From the IMG/VR virus record IMGVR_UViG_3300021256_000005: a stretch of DNA of 64,000 nt; one strand, written 5' to 3'. Under the pieces are notes generated by a model that worked only from the letters and a program-made list of their open reading frames with translations, had not been told where the DNA came from and did no database searches. Shown in pieces: positions 9,046-18,440 of the stretch (within the stretch, counting starts at the first letter, position 1; every line of letters begins with the position of its first letter). The position numbers and the translations under genes are program-made. The stretch is from a virus.

Positions 9046-11822
9046 ATTTGCACCTCTGTATATTTCTTCCCTAAATACTCTGCACCGCTTTTATCTTCAA
9101 TTACCGCAATATGCCTACCTTCCGGTAGTATGCTCAAAATATCTTCGCCCAACATATCCCAGATGAACGCTTCATCAAAACCGGATGTTTTATTGCCAAA
9201 ATCAATCAGCACGTTAAATAAGTCGTATGTATTAGTTACAAGTTCGTCCAATTTGCCACGATATTCTAAATCGAACATACGTTTGGCATTACTGATAATA
9301 CGGTGAAAATCGTCGTCATTGATATTGTCAAGCAAGTGTCTCACTAATGAGAGATATTTATTATTACAATAGTCACGGTAAATCTCGTAAACAGTGTCGT
9401 AATTATATCTCACTGGTGGCATCCCGTATGACATCAAAACATTTTCTCCCTTGATTTTACGGAACGAAATATTATCCTCAACCCGCTCAAATTTGTGGCA
9501 AAGCTTATTCATAATGCATGGCGAATCCAGAACAGGAGAGAAGTATTCAACACGATTCACGAATTTACGTTCTTCTTTTGTTTTGTTCGGCTTATATTTC
9601 AAGTCGTTGTATTTGATTTGAAATTTTGCCTTACAGATTTTCTGAAAACTTTTCATATGATTTGTATACGATTTATGCAAATTATCATACAGATAAATCA
9701 TAAAGTACGGCTTCTTTGTAATCACCAACGAATTACGTTTGTATTTTGCGTCTATCACCTCTGGACTATCATTTTCTAAATCAATTTTTACACGCTTAAT
9801 CCATTCTTCTGGAAATTCAGGAGATACACCAAGTTTAATTTTATCAATCTCTGCACCAATGATCTCACGCAGTAATTTCAGACGTGTTAAAATGATTCTA
9901 TGTTCTTCTGGTTTGGTATCAGCAGGAAACAAAGGCAACATAGCATTGAGAGATGTGCTATTGTTCGTGATTTGACCTACTAAAGTGTCGAATCCGTCCA
10001 TATCGCAAGCAATCATGTTAGCGTATGTCGGCTTTCGTTTCGGTGCTTTGTCTTTGTCATATGTGATTACATTGTTTTTATAATACGCCCCCTCAATTAG
10101 TTGCTGATTATCAGTTGTAAACGCAATATCACCGTCGAAATCCGAGTCACTATGGCGTATTGTGCTAGTATCATAAATACTATACACGATTCCAGAATAC
10201 AAATACTGAAACCATTGTTCGCATTCATCGTCATCGTACACAGATAAGATATTATGTTCATGCCGATCCACCATAGGACTTCGCATCGCATCTATAGTAT
10301 TTACACCACGGTTCAGCCAAAACTGTGTATATACACAATTAGCAGGAATAAACCCCTGTATTGGCATATTAGAAGCTTGTTGCAGTAGCGGAATAGGATC
10401 AGCCAACTGGAACTGATAATTTCCCTTCGCCCAAACACGACCAAGTTTTGCTTGCTTGAATGATTCCTTAATACTGTGATAAATCTTACGCTGTATGTAT
10501 TCGTCTTTAAGCAAGTCTTGATTTTTCACAATTGCCTTTGTAAATAAACTACCGCAACTATTCATCATATCCTGCCAAGTTTCATCGGCGTGTTTACACC
10601 CAATAGCATACAGATTAGCGTATAACGATTCACCGCTACAGATTTTTTGAAACCATTCAATTGTCGGCTGTATCAACTCGTCTATCGCTTTATCGGACAA
10701 TCCGCAATTCTGAATGTACTGGTAATTCAGTTGAGAATATTCTGCGTCATATTTTTTGTTGTATCTAGCAACACCCCAGTACAGTCCGTATTTGTCATGA
10801 TAGTCAACATACTCACGCACCGATGAATAGTAATCATGCATCTTAAACTGCGACTCTGTGAGTAAAACGTCTATTTCGTCCACATTAAACAATTCGCCGT
10901 AAATACTGCGGATTTCAGTTACCCCACACCGTTCCTTTAAGTATTTACGGAAATCAAACGTCAGCAGATTGCCCTTTACGAATGCCGTCCTAATTACGAA
11001 CTGGCAAGCAGTATATCCAATCCCCATATCCTCAGACCAAAGTTCAGCCATTTCTGGCGTGATTAAACCTTCGCCATCACAGCTGTTCAAAACAACGTCC
11101 ATAGTAGTAGGTTCGACTGTCTTTGTTCCATCCTCATGCTTCACGATATAGTCTATCTTCTGCTGTGGAATAGTAGTTTCAACGTCAGCAATTACGCAAA
11201 TTCGAGGTTTTCTCACCCACAGAACGGAAGAAAACGACAGGGCAAAATACGCTGATAGTTTCGACAGTACAATTTCATCAATCGTACCGTAGAGTCCGCA
11301 GTACAAATGTTCATTGAGTATATCGTAATATTCATCGTTGATAAACGTCACGGTATTACGTCTCATTTGTCCTGCACCACAACAGAACCGAACGTAATGT
11401 TTACCATTGCAGTAGAAGCCGTGTTCCGCTATATGCTTATAGTGTGCCTTATTTACAACTTTGACATTGATAAAATCCGTCAGGTAAGTCATATCGAGTA
11501 GTTTGTCCTTCAACTGTTTAATAGACTTTTTGGTACGCTGATTTGTGTGCTTTGTACGTACTTTATCAATTTGTACCCGCACTTCTTGAATGTCGTTGTA
11601 TAATTCAAGCGGTGTGCGTTTCTCCCCCTGTAAGTCTCTCAGCTTGCGTAATACTAAATTGTCACCAATGGAAACAATTTCTTTATTTTTAACCGCCTTC
11701 TGATAACTGTACTGTCCCAGATCGAATCGTGGCTCAGTTGGTAGTTTCCCACCAACTAAACCTGTCCGATAAATCTTCGTTGTTTTAATTTTTAGTATGT
11801 CGTATAAAATTTGTTTTGGCAT
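9042..11822 (-). CDS. single-subunit two-barrel RNA polymerase, YonO / cellular RdRP-like
   Basis: 926 aa. DFDGD (residues 561-565, nt 10128-10142) matches the Mg-binding loop of multisubunit RNAP beta-prime (NADFDGD) and the DxDGD of YonO/QDE-1. It is preceded by AMRSPMVDRHEH, which resembles the RxP strand of the same barrel. Confidence 0.6.
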   Translation of the reverse strand: MPKQILYDILKIKTTKIYRTGLVGGKLPTEPRFDLGQYSYQKAVKNKEIVSIGDNLVLRKLRDLQGEKRTPLELYNDIQEVRVQIDKVRTKHTNQRTKKSIKQLKDKLLDMTYLTDFINVKVVNKAHYKHIAEHGFYCNGKHYVRFCCGAGQMRRNTVTFINDEYYDILNEHLYCGLYGTIDEIVLSKLSAYFALSFSSVLWVRKPRICVIADVETTIPQQKIDYIVKHEDGTKTVEPTTMDVVLNSCDGEGLITPEMAELWSEDMGIGYTACQFVIRTAFVKGNLLTFDFRKYLKERCGVTEIRSIYGELFNVDEIDVLLTESQFKMHDYYSSVREYVDYHDKYGLYWGVARYNKKYDAEYSQLNYQYIQNCGLSDKAIDELIQPTIEWFQKICSGESLYANLYAIGCKHADETWQDMMNSCGSLFTKAIVKNQDLLKDEYIQRKIYHSIKESFKQAKLGRVWAKGNYQFQLADPIPLLQQASNMPIQGFIPANCVYTQFWLNRGVNTIDAMRSPMVDRHEHNILSVYDDDECEQWFQYLYSGIVYSIYDTSTIRHSDSDFDGDIAFTTDNQQLIEGAYYKNNVITYDKDKAPKRKPTYANMIACDMDGFDTLVGQITNNSTSLNAMLPLFPADTKPEEHRIILTRLKLLREIIGAEIDKIKLGVSPEFPEEWIKRVKIDLENDSPEVIDAKYKRNSLVITKKPYFMIYLYDNLHKSYTNHMKSFQKICKAKFQIKYNDLKYKPNKTKEERKFVNRVEYFSPVLDSPCIMNKLCHKFERVEDNISFRKIKGENVLMSYGMPPVRYNYDTVYEIYRDYCNNKYLSLVRHLLDNINDDDFHRIISNAKRMFDLEYRGKLDELVTNTYDLFNVLIDFGNKTSGFDEAFIWDMLGEDILSILPEGRHIAVIEDKSGAEYLGKKYTEVQI

Positions 11823-11831
11823 ATATTCCTC

Positions 11832-13571
11832 TTAAATAATCCACGCTTCACATTGAATATTGCTAATATTTAATTCGTGTTTAGCACGTGTCATTGCTAC
11901 ATACATAAGTCGTGCTTCGTTTTCTGGTGCGTCACGCCAACTTGGAAACCTATCTGGCTCGCAACCAATAATATACACACGGTCAAATTCCAATCCTTTA
12001 CTGCCATGAATCGTCATAAGAGAAACACCGCTATGATCGGATTTCTTTTTCTTATGATTCATCGTGCTAAATACAATAAAGTTATCAATCGAACTAAACC
12101 GCCACGCCATAGAAGTAAGGTTGAAAATTGAATCTCGTTTATCTTCGACTGATACTGAATCATATCGTTCATCAAGCCACTGATTCACCCTGCACAGTGC
12201 AACAATACTATCAATGATTTTTCCAACCTGCACGTTCCGTTCTTCTTTGGTCTTTAACCGAGAAATTATATTATTGAGTTTCTCTACGTTATCTCTTTCA
12301 AATGCCTTGTCAAACTTGTGGTCAAGTAATGCTTCATACATAGAATAGTTTCGCATGGTGGCTTCTGCCCGCAGATCATCTACCAAACTTGACTTAAAGT
12401 AAGTAGCAGGGTATAAGCGTGATTCTAACAGTTGTTCCAATGCTTCATCATCACTTGTGCGATTAACTAATCTTAATACCGCCATAATACCTTTAATCGG
12501 CTGACGCTCAAAAAACGAATCACTACTATATAGCGTGTAAGGAATGTTCTTATCTTTTAGCAAGGCTTCAAGCGAGTCTACCATTGCGTTGTTACGGTAC
12601 AGAACAGCCGTGTTGTTCAATTCTGCTTCTGACAGCTTCGACAAACGTTCACAAATACTCTCTGCTTCATCCAATGGAGTATCATAAGTGCTTATATTTA
12701 TTTTAGTTTTAGAGCAGTCATTAGCTTTGGCGTAATATTTTACCTTGTCACCCACAAAAGGTTTAATAAAATCATTAGACGCCGTTACTATTGTATCGTT
12801 GGAGCGATAGTTCGTATTCATGTAGATTACGTGATCCGCTTTATTACTGAACTGATAAAACAGCTCAGAATTAGCACCCCGAAACGAATAAATAGATTGT
12901 AAATAATCGCCTACAATGAAGATGTTGTTATCAGGACACATCAATTCCATTAACTTGTACTGAACTACGTTGTTATCCTGCGCTTCATCGTTCAATAAGT
13001 ATTTCCAAGTACGTCCAATATTGTCCGCCTGATATTCCTTTAAGGTAAGCAGTAACCATTCGTCAAAGTCGTACAGATGATGTTTATGACAGTAGTCCTG
13101 ATAATCGCTGTAGTAGTAGCGCATCTGCTTCTCAGAGTATTCGCAATCCTTCTCCTTAAATTCATCGGTTGGATAAATACCCCAGTTTTTCTGATAAGAA
13201 ATCCAAGCACGAATATCTTTGATGTTAATTTTTGGATTGTCTTTCGACCATCTGCGTTTCAGCTGATAATCTTTTGGCATATTGAGAAGATCCTCGTAAC
13301 CGATTTCTTCCAATAAACGCTTGCAGATTGAGTGCATTGTGCCAGTGGTGACGCCGGTAATATTTTTGTCTGCCAGTTTCTTCTTTAGATCATTAGAAGA
13401 AGCAAGAGTGAAAGACAGAGCAACAATGTCATTTGGATTGATGCCTTGTTCAATCATATAGTTAATCCGTTCTACTAATACAGTAGATTTTCCGGAACCC
13501 GCTGAAGCAACCACTTGAACAGAACCGTCAATTGTGTGAATTGCTTCAAGTTGCTGTTTGTTATATTCCAT
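11832..13571 (-). CDS. UvrD/PcrA/Rep-family SF1 DNA helicase
   Basis: Walker A ASAGSGKST, DEAQD, TIHGSKGLEFD, YVAMTRAK. Confidence 0.85.
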   Translation of the reverse strand: MEYNKQQLEAIHTIDGSVQVVASAGSGKSTVLVERINYMIEQGINPNDIVALSFTLASSNDLKKKLADKNITGVTTGTMHSICKRLLEEIGYEDLLNMPKDYQLKRRWSKDNPKINIKDIRAWISYQKNWGIYPTDEFKEKDCEYSEKQMRYYYSDYQDYCHKHHLYDFDEWLLLTLKEYQADNIGRTWKYLLNDEAQDNNVVQYKLMELMCPDNNIFIVGDYLQSIYSFRGANSELFYQFSNKADHVIYMNTNYRSNDTIVTASNDFIKPFVGDKVKYYAKANDCSKTKINISTYDTPLDEAESICERLSKLSEAELNNTAVLYRNNAMVDSLEALLKDKNIPYTLYSSDSFFERQPIKGIMAVLRLVNRTSDDEALEQLLESRLYPATYFKSSLVDDLRAEATMRNYSMYEALLDHKFDKAFERDNVEKLNNIISRLKTKEERNVQVGKIIDSIVALCRVNQWLDERYDSVSVEDKRDSIFNLTSMAWRFSSIDNFIVFSTMNHKKKKSDHSGVSLMTIHGSKGLEFDRVYIIGCEPDRFPSWRDAPENEARLMYVAMTRAKHELNISNIQCEAWII

Positions 13572-13609
13572 ACAGTCTCCTTTTATAAATTTATGTTTGG
13601 TTTAAGAAC

Positions 13610-13638
13610 AGTATAATCCGGAATGGGGTTAAAGTCAA
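13610..13638 (-). promoter_or_regulatory. sigma70-type promoter for the helicase/RNAP operon
   Basis: Minus sense TTGACT (13638-13633), 17-nt spacer, TATACT (13615-10), about 40 nt upstream of the helicase ATG. Confidence 0.6.
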
Positions 13639-13662
13639 GAGAAAATAAAAATAAATTAAGTA

Positions 13663-13691
13663 TTGACAAAATTAAAAAGTTGTGTTATTTT
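13663..13691 (+). promoter_or_regulatory. weak candidate rightward promoter into the hub
   Basis: TTGACA (13663-68), 17-nt spacer ending TGT, then TATTTT. The extended -10 TG is present but the -10 hexamer is poor. Confidence 0.25.
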
Positions 13692-13787
13692 ATTATAATA
13701 TATATATATTAATTATATATTATATATATTTATATATTAATTATATATAAATTATATATTATTAATATAATATTATTACGTTTTATT

Positions 13788-13877
13788 CGGCAGTCGTGTC
13801 AACGACTGACGATAGCGTGACGTTGCATCGCAACGGAACGCGCCCCGCCGACAGGCGGCGTTGCCGACAGGCAACTG
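13788..13877. repeat. GC-rich palindrome island 1 (four adjacent hairpins)
   Basis: Hairpins at 13791-13808, 13815-13841, 13845-13858 and 13861-13874. The last two share a GACA loop. Confidence 0.85.
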
Positions 13878-13962
13878 TATAATAGTATTATATATATTTA
13901 TATTATATATAATATATATTATATTTATATATATATATATATTATATATTTATATTACATAC

Positions 13963-14038
13963 ACTTAGACAGCTACGCCAGTAGCTGGCTAACGGTGCTG
14001 GTATTGCGTAGCAATGCCTGCGCCGAAGCGTCGCAGAC
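13963..14038. repeat. GC-rich palindrome island 2 (three hairpins)
   Basis: cagctac-gcca-gtagctg 13970-13987; attgc-gta-gcaat 14003-14015; ctgcg...cgcag 14018-14036. Confidence 0.8.
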
Positions 14039-14055
14039 ATATATATTATATATAT

Positions 14056-14099
<44 letters not shown>

Positions 14100-14389
14100 T
14101 ATACAATAAGATAATATATTTGTCAAGTATAAAATTATAATTATTTTAATAATATATTTAATTAAATATATTTAAGTATTATATTATATACTATATATTT
14201 AGTTAAATATATTTAAGTATTATTATAATATATAATTATTTATATATTATTATATATCACTGTATATTATTATATAATAATTAAGCACCATAGTTATTAT
14301 ATATTATATATTACTAATTACATACATCATCAATTACATACATTACTAATTACCAGAGTTATTATTTTATTATTGTTTATTGTTTATAT

Positions 14390-14462
14390 ACTTTTGGCTC
14401 CTTTTGCTAACGCAAAAGATCACCAAAAGTTCGTATTCCTTCGCAAGCGAAGAAATACGAGT
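14390..14462. repeat. GC-rich palindrome island 3 (nested hairpin plus 30-nt palindrome)
   Basis: acttttgg/ccaaaagt encloses ttttgc-taac-gcaaaa (14390-14430). A near-perfect palindrome spans 14431-14460. Confidence 0.8.
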
Positions 14463-15950
14463 GTAATATATATAAATAAATATATTATTATATTTATATT
14501 ATTATATATTTATTATATATTATTATATTATATATTTATTATTATTTATATTATTATATATCTATTATTCTGCTGAGTTATATTATATTAAACAGTGTGG
14601 TTGCTATATATTATTATTTATTAAATATTTTATCTATTACTTTATCTATCGTTTGTATTATTCATTCACACTATTGAATTGTTATTATATACCCATACAA
14701 CAACACACAGTCATTTTGTGCGCTGTTTTATATATGCAGTTTAATAAGTTTACCCTAAATTATTAAAACGTCTGTATAAGCCTAATAGATATGTTATTTG
14801 AGGTGTGCCTTTTTTGGCGGGTTCTATTTTGTTGCGTGCTAGTTCCTGAGCTGTTTAGTTTATTATTTAATCGCTGTTATTTGCGCCGCCAAATTATATA
14901 TACCAAACGTCCTGTATTTTTAGCGTGTTTGTATTTGTTTGGTTGCCTATTTAGTTTAGTGTTCTGTAAGATGAGACAGTAAACTATTTGGATGTTATAT
15001 TTAGTTATATATTATATTATATATTTATATATTATTGACTGTCCAATTATTTTTCTGCGCCTTGTATCTTTGTCGGCTTTGTTTTATATTATTACTACAG
15101 TATTTTATAGAACCGCTTGTCTGAAACATGCCTATATCTACACCTATTGATTGTACGCATGTTTTTATGACACCACCCTATAACTTTTACGTCTGAGAAT
15201 AAAAACGTCTATATGAGCGTTTTAGAGCATTGTATAATACATTGATGATTGTCTATGTGTTTTGTTTAGTTAAATAAATTTAATTAAATTTCTTTAAGTA
15301 TTTATTGGTGCGCCACTAGAAATATAGGCAGTATTTGACTGCTTTGTTTTGCGATGGTAAACTGTATTAAATAATTATTTGCGTGTTTTATTACCGCCTG
15401 CGAAATAGAATAATGTATATTTATTCATTGTTTATACATTTTGACTTGTTTGGTTGTTAATTTTTGCGGCTGTAATTTTTGGTTGTAGCCGTTAATGTTT
15501 GCGATGGTCTGTTTAATGTGTAAATATACCCCGCCTGTTTATTAAGTATGAGATCGCTGTTGGAGTACTTTTTTAATGTGTTTTGTATGTTATTTAGCTG
15601 AAAGATAGTTAAGCCATTAAGCAGTCAATTAGTTTAGATGATTGTTTTATGTTTGATTGAACAGAGCAATAGTGGTTGTTTCGTATTATTATATAGCACT
15701 TAAATGATTGCTATTGTTTTGCTGATGGTTTATTCTGCGTTATTAGACAGCTAATTAGTTGAGCAGATATATGCTAATTTGTCCGCGCTGTAATTAGTTT
15801 ATTTATTGGAGCAGTAAGTGATTTGCTAGTTCTATATTGCAGTTGTTTAGTCAGTGATGTTTGATGTTAAATTAGTTAGGTTCCTAACTAACTAGGTGCT
15901 AAGCCATTTTTGTGGCGACTGAGGGTGTTATTTTATATTAATTATATATA

Positions 15951-16235
15951 GTTACTAATTAGTTACTAGTATTTAGCGGTTGATAATATAGTGCAGGACA
16001 ATTGCCTAATTTATATGGTTACTTATTGGTTACTAATTATGTTGTTGTTTTATGCAGTGAGTGGATTCTATTAGGCGATTGAGAAGTTGATTCTGGCAGT
16101 TAATTATTATTGAATTAAGCCGCTGAATTACTTTATTTGATTGTTGTTTTGGAAGGTGTTATTTTGTGTTGATTCGAAATTATTAGGACGTGATGTAACT
16201 AATTGTAGTTACTAATTGGTTATTAGTTACTTATT
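15951..16235 (+). repeat. iteron-like direct repeats GTTACTAATT / GTTACTTATT
   Basis: GTTACTAATT at 15951, 16029 and 16208. GTTACTTATT at 16018 and 16226. Further variants (gttactag 15962, gtaactaatt 16195). All on the same strand. Confidence 0.7.
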
Positions 16236-17217
16236 AGGTATTAAGTATGTTGTTAGTTATTTATTAGTTACGTTGCGATTTATTTAGTTGCTTCTTAATT
16301 TATTTATGTTTTGTAATATTACTTATTCTGCGACTGATTAAGTATTGGGAAATTCATTAATCTACTGATTTTGTTATGGTTTCTAAGATATCTTCTGACG
16401 TAAAATTGGTTTTGATTAATAGTTAAATATATTTAATTATTTAGTTGAGTAGTTTTACGATTGCTGTATTGATCTGATTGTAGTTGGTAAGAAGTAATAT
16501 TATTGGCTGTTAGAACTATATGGTATTAGCAGAGTATATGATTGTTGTAGTTTAGTGGTTAATTTGTTGTGTTGTTTAATTATTAAACAGTGATTTATTT
16601 AGTAGCGAGCAACAATAAGTAATAAGTTTTTAGTTAGAGTGTTAATTAGTTGTAGTGCTGATTGAACACTGATGGTTTAGTAGTGATTTATTAGAGTGAT
16701 GATTGATTTATTTATGTTTTGGTAAATTTATTTGGTTTTTGTAAATAATTTTAGGTAGATATATTTAATTATTATTTATAATGACTGAGTTGGCAAGTTA
16801 TGAATGTTACTTGAAGTATTCAATTCATTTTAATAAGCCTGAGATTTTCTTGTGTCGATTTAACTTATTGAGAGTAGTTTTATAGGACGCAATTCTGATG
16901 GAACAGTTTAACAATAAGGCTACTTGATCGTTTAATTAATTAGTTAGTTATTAGGTTTTTAGTTTTTTAGAGATTGATTTAGTGGATAGTTATTTATTAA
17001 TGCGGGATTTGGTGAGTAGAACTTTTATTTAGTGAATGTGGCAGTTTGATAAGTAGGTGATGGTATAGGTTGTTAGTTAGTAATGTTGATTGGTGGTAGT
17101 GTTTATAGATTAGTGGTTATTTAGTGAATTAGTTAGTGATTGTTGCTGATGTTGATTGGTTGATAGTGTATTAGTTATGATGTTTGTTTGATTGATAGGT
17201 GTGATGGCTGTTTGTGG

Positions 17218-17384
17218 GTGAGTGAGTTATTTGGTAATTTTATTTGATTTTTTTGTAATTAGTTTTTGTTAGTTTCTTTAATAGTGAGTTATTTATTTGG
17301 TGAGTTTGTTGGATTTTTGGAATGTTAGTGAGTTTTTAGTGAGTTGGGAAGTGAGAAGGGTGAGATTTTGACGGGGTGTGTGAG
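17218..17384 (+). repeat. GTGAG direct-repeat array
   Basis: GTGAG at 17218, 17222, 17284, 17300, 17328, 17339, 17351, 17360 and 17380. The 17328-17360 group is spaced 9-12 nt apart. Confidence 0.75.
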
Positions 17385-17416
17385 TTTACCTCCATATAGC
17401 TATTTTAGCTTTACAC

Positions 17417-17503
17417 TTTTGTCAAAATGTATAAATAACCCCCTTTTGACGTCGGATAATAAAAATTACCCGACATGGCACTTTTTTGACATTTATGTCA
17501 AAA
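17417..17503. promoter_or_regulatory. operator-like TTTTGAC half-sites and palindrome
   Basis: ttttgtcaaaa 17417-27, ttttgac 17444-50, and the 20-nt palindrome ttttgacatttatgtcaaaa at 17484-17503. Confidence 0.5.
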
Positions 17504-17624
17504 ACTTAATAGTTAAATTTTTTTAACTAATTTTTTAATTATATATTATATATTATGCATAATATATTATATATCATATATTATATAAAATTATATTTGA
17601 CACAATATAAATTTCCAGAGCAAC

Positions 17625-17724
17625 AAAATACTTAAAAATCTTTAACCATTCCCATCCCATCAAAAATACTTAAAATAATTTAACTATTATTTTTGCTCTA
17701 AAAATACTTAAAAATTTTTAACTA
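17625..17724 (+). repeat. three 24-nt direct repeats at exact 38-bp phasing
   Basis: aaaatacttaaaa(t/a)-n-tttaac(c/t)a starts at 17625, 17663 and 17701, 100-200 bp upstream of the consensus promoter. Confidence 0.8.
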
Positions 17725-17821
17725 TCTCACCAGAACAAAAAATATATTTCATCAAATATAATTTGATACAACGTTATGCTGCACGTCACCAAACAAAAAA
17801 TAAATTTTTTCCAAAAACCTA

Positions 17822-17850
17822 TTGACACAACGCGATACTAGTGCTATACT
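17822..17850 (+). promoter_or_regulatory. near-consensus sigma70-type promoter
   Basis: TTGACA (17822-27), 17-nt spacer, TATACT (17845-50). First strong rightward promoter before the plus-strand arm. Confidence 0.75.
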
Positions 17851-17856
17851 ATAGTC

Positions 17857-18440
17857 AAGATAAAGATATAACTTATTTATCTTATCGTTCGGGCACTCTG
17901 CCCGCCCACCGCTATCACAGCGGGCGTACCTTGACAAGTTACCTGTTGGTAACTCATAAGATAGGAGAACACCGTGACGGGTGAACTCTGCCTATCGTTA
18001 GTTTGATAATTCTAACGCCTAAAAATTATCAGCCTATCTATAGGCGTAGTTTGCATACCCATGATAGGTTTACTATGAAATCGGCAACTGAAACCGTAGT
18101 TATGATAGAGTCGTTTAGACTCAAGTAGTCGGGTACAAGCCGAGTAGTAAATTGGGATTCATGGCAGACAAACTACAGCTATAGACAGGTGACTTACCCT
18201 TTGTATATGTGAGGGTGTCGGGCTTTTCGGGTGTCCCATCAATACATCCAGGACGAAAATCATATACCGAACAAAATTGTCAACCGACGTGCCAGGGGTT
18301 GAATGTTTGCGGACTCAGTGCGCTTAAATAGCAGATAAATTTACACCGCAACATTGGCCGCCTGGTATGTCGTTACCTTGTAAGTTGCTTTAATTGCATG
18401 AGTTTATCGTGCAATTAACGCAACTTATAAAGCGCAATAA
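17857..18440 (+). ncRNA. candidate ~590-nt structured leader or large ncRNA
   Basis: No ORF. GC content is higher than the surroundings. Many local helices: 17891-17903, 17909-17923, 17937-17954, 17960-17996, 18108-18122. An H-type pseudoknot arrangement lies at 18005-18046. A 17-bp terminal hairpin lies at 18381-18427. Confidence 0.4.

Larger units (their letters stand above)
14580..17384 (+). other. G+T-skewed, progressively C-depleted non-coding block
   Basis: No ORF of 60 aa or more in any frame between 14983 and 17343. Hand counts: 41 C in 16381-17371, 8 C in 16921-17371, 21 G versus 1 C in 17161-17220. Confidence 0.9.

Noticed and set aside
14373-14982. Track ORFs 14373-14576 (+) and 14791-14982 (+) inside the hub
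   Set aside because: The first translates (TA)n-type low-complexity DNA into I/Y/L runs and spans a palindrome island. The second has no RBS and a C/F/L-rich composition typical of T-rich non-coding sequence.
17344-17937. Track ORFs 17344-17526 (+) and 17752-17937 (-)
   Set aside because: Neither has an RBS. The first runs through the GTGAG array and operator palindromes. The second lies antisense across the consensus promoter and the start of the structured leader.
17857-18440. Retron msr/msd or DGR template in the structured non-coding regions
   Set aside because: I could not recognise a reverse-transcriptase gene (YxDD-type motif) anywhere in the window, and no template/variable repeat pair was seen.
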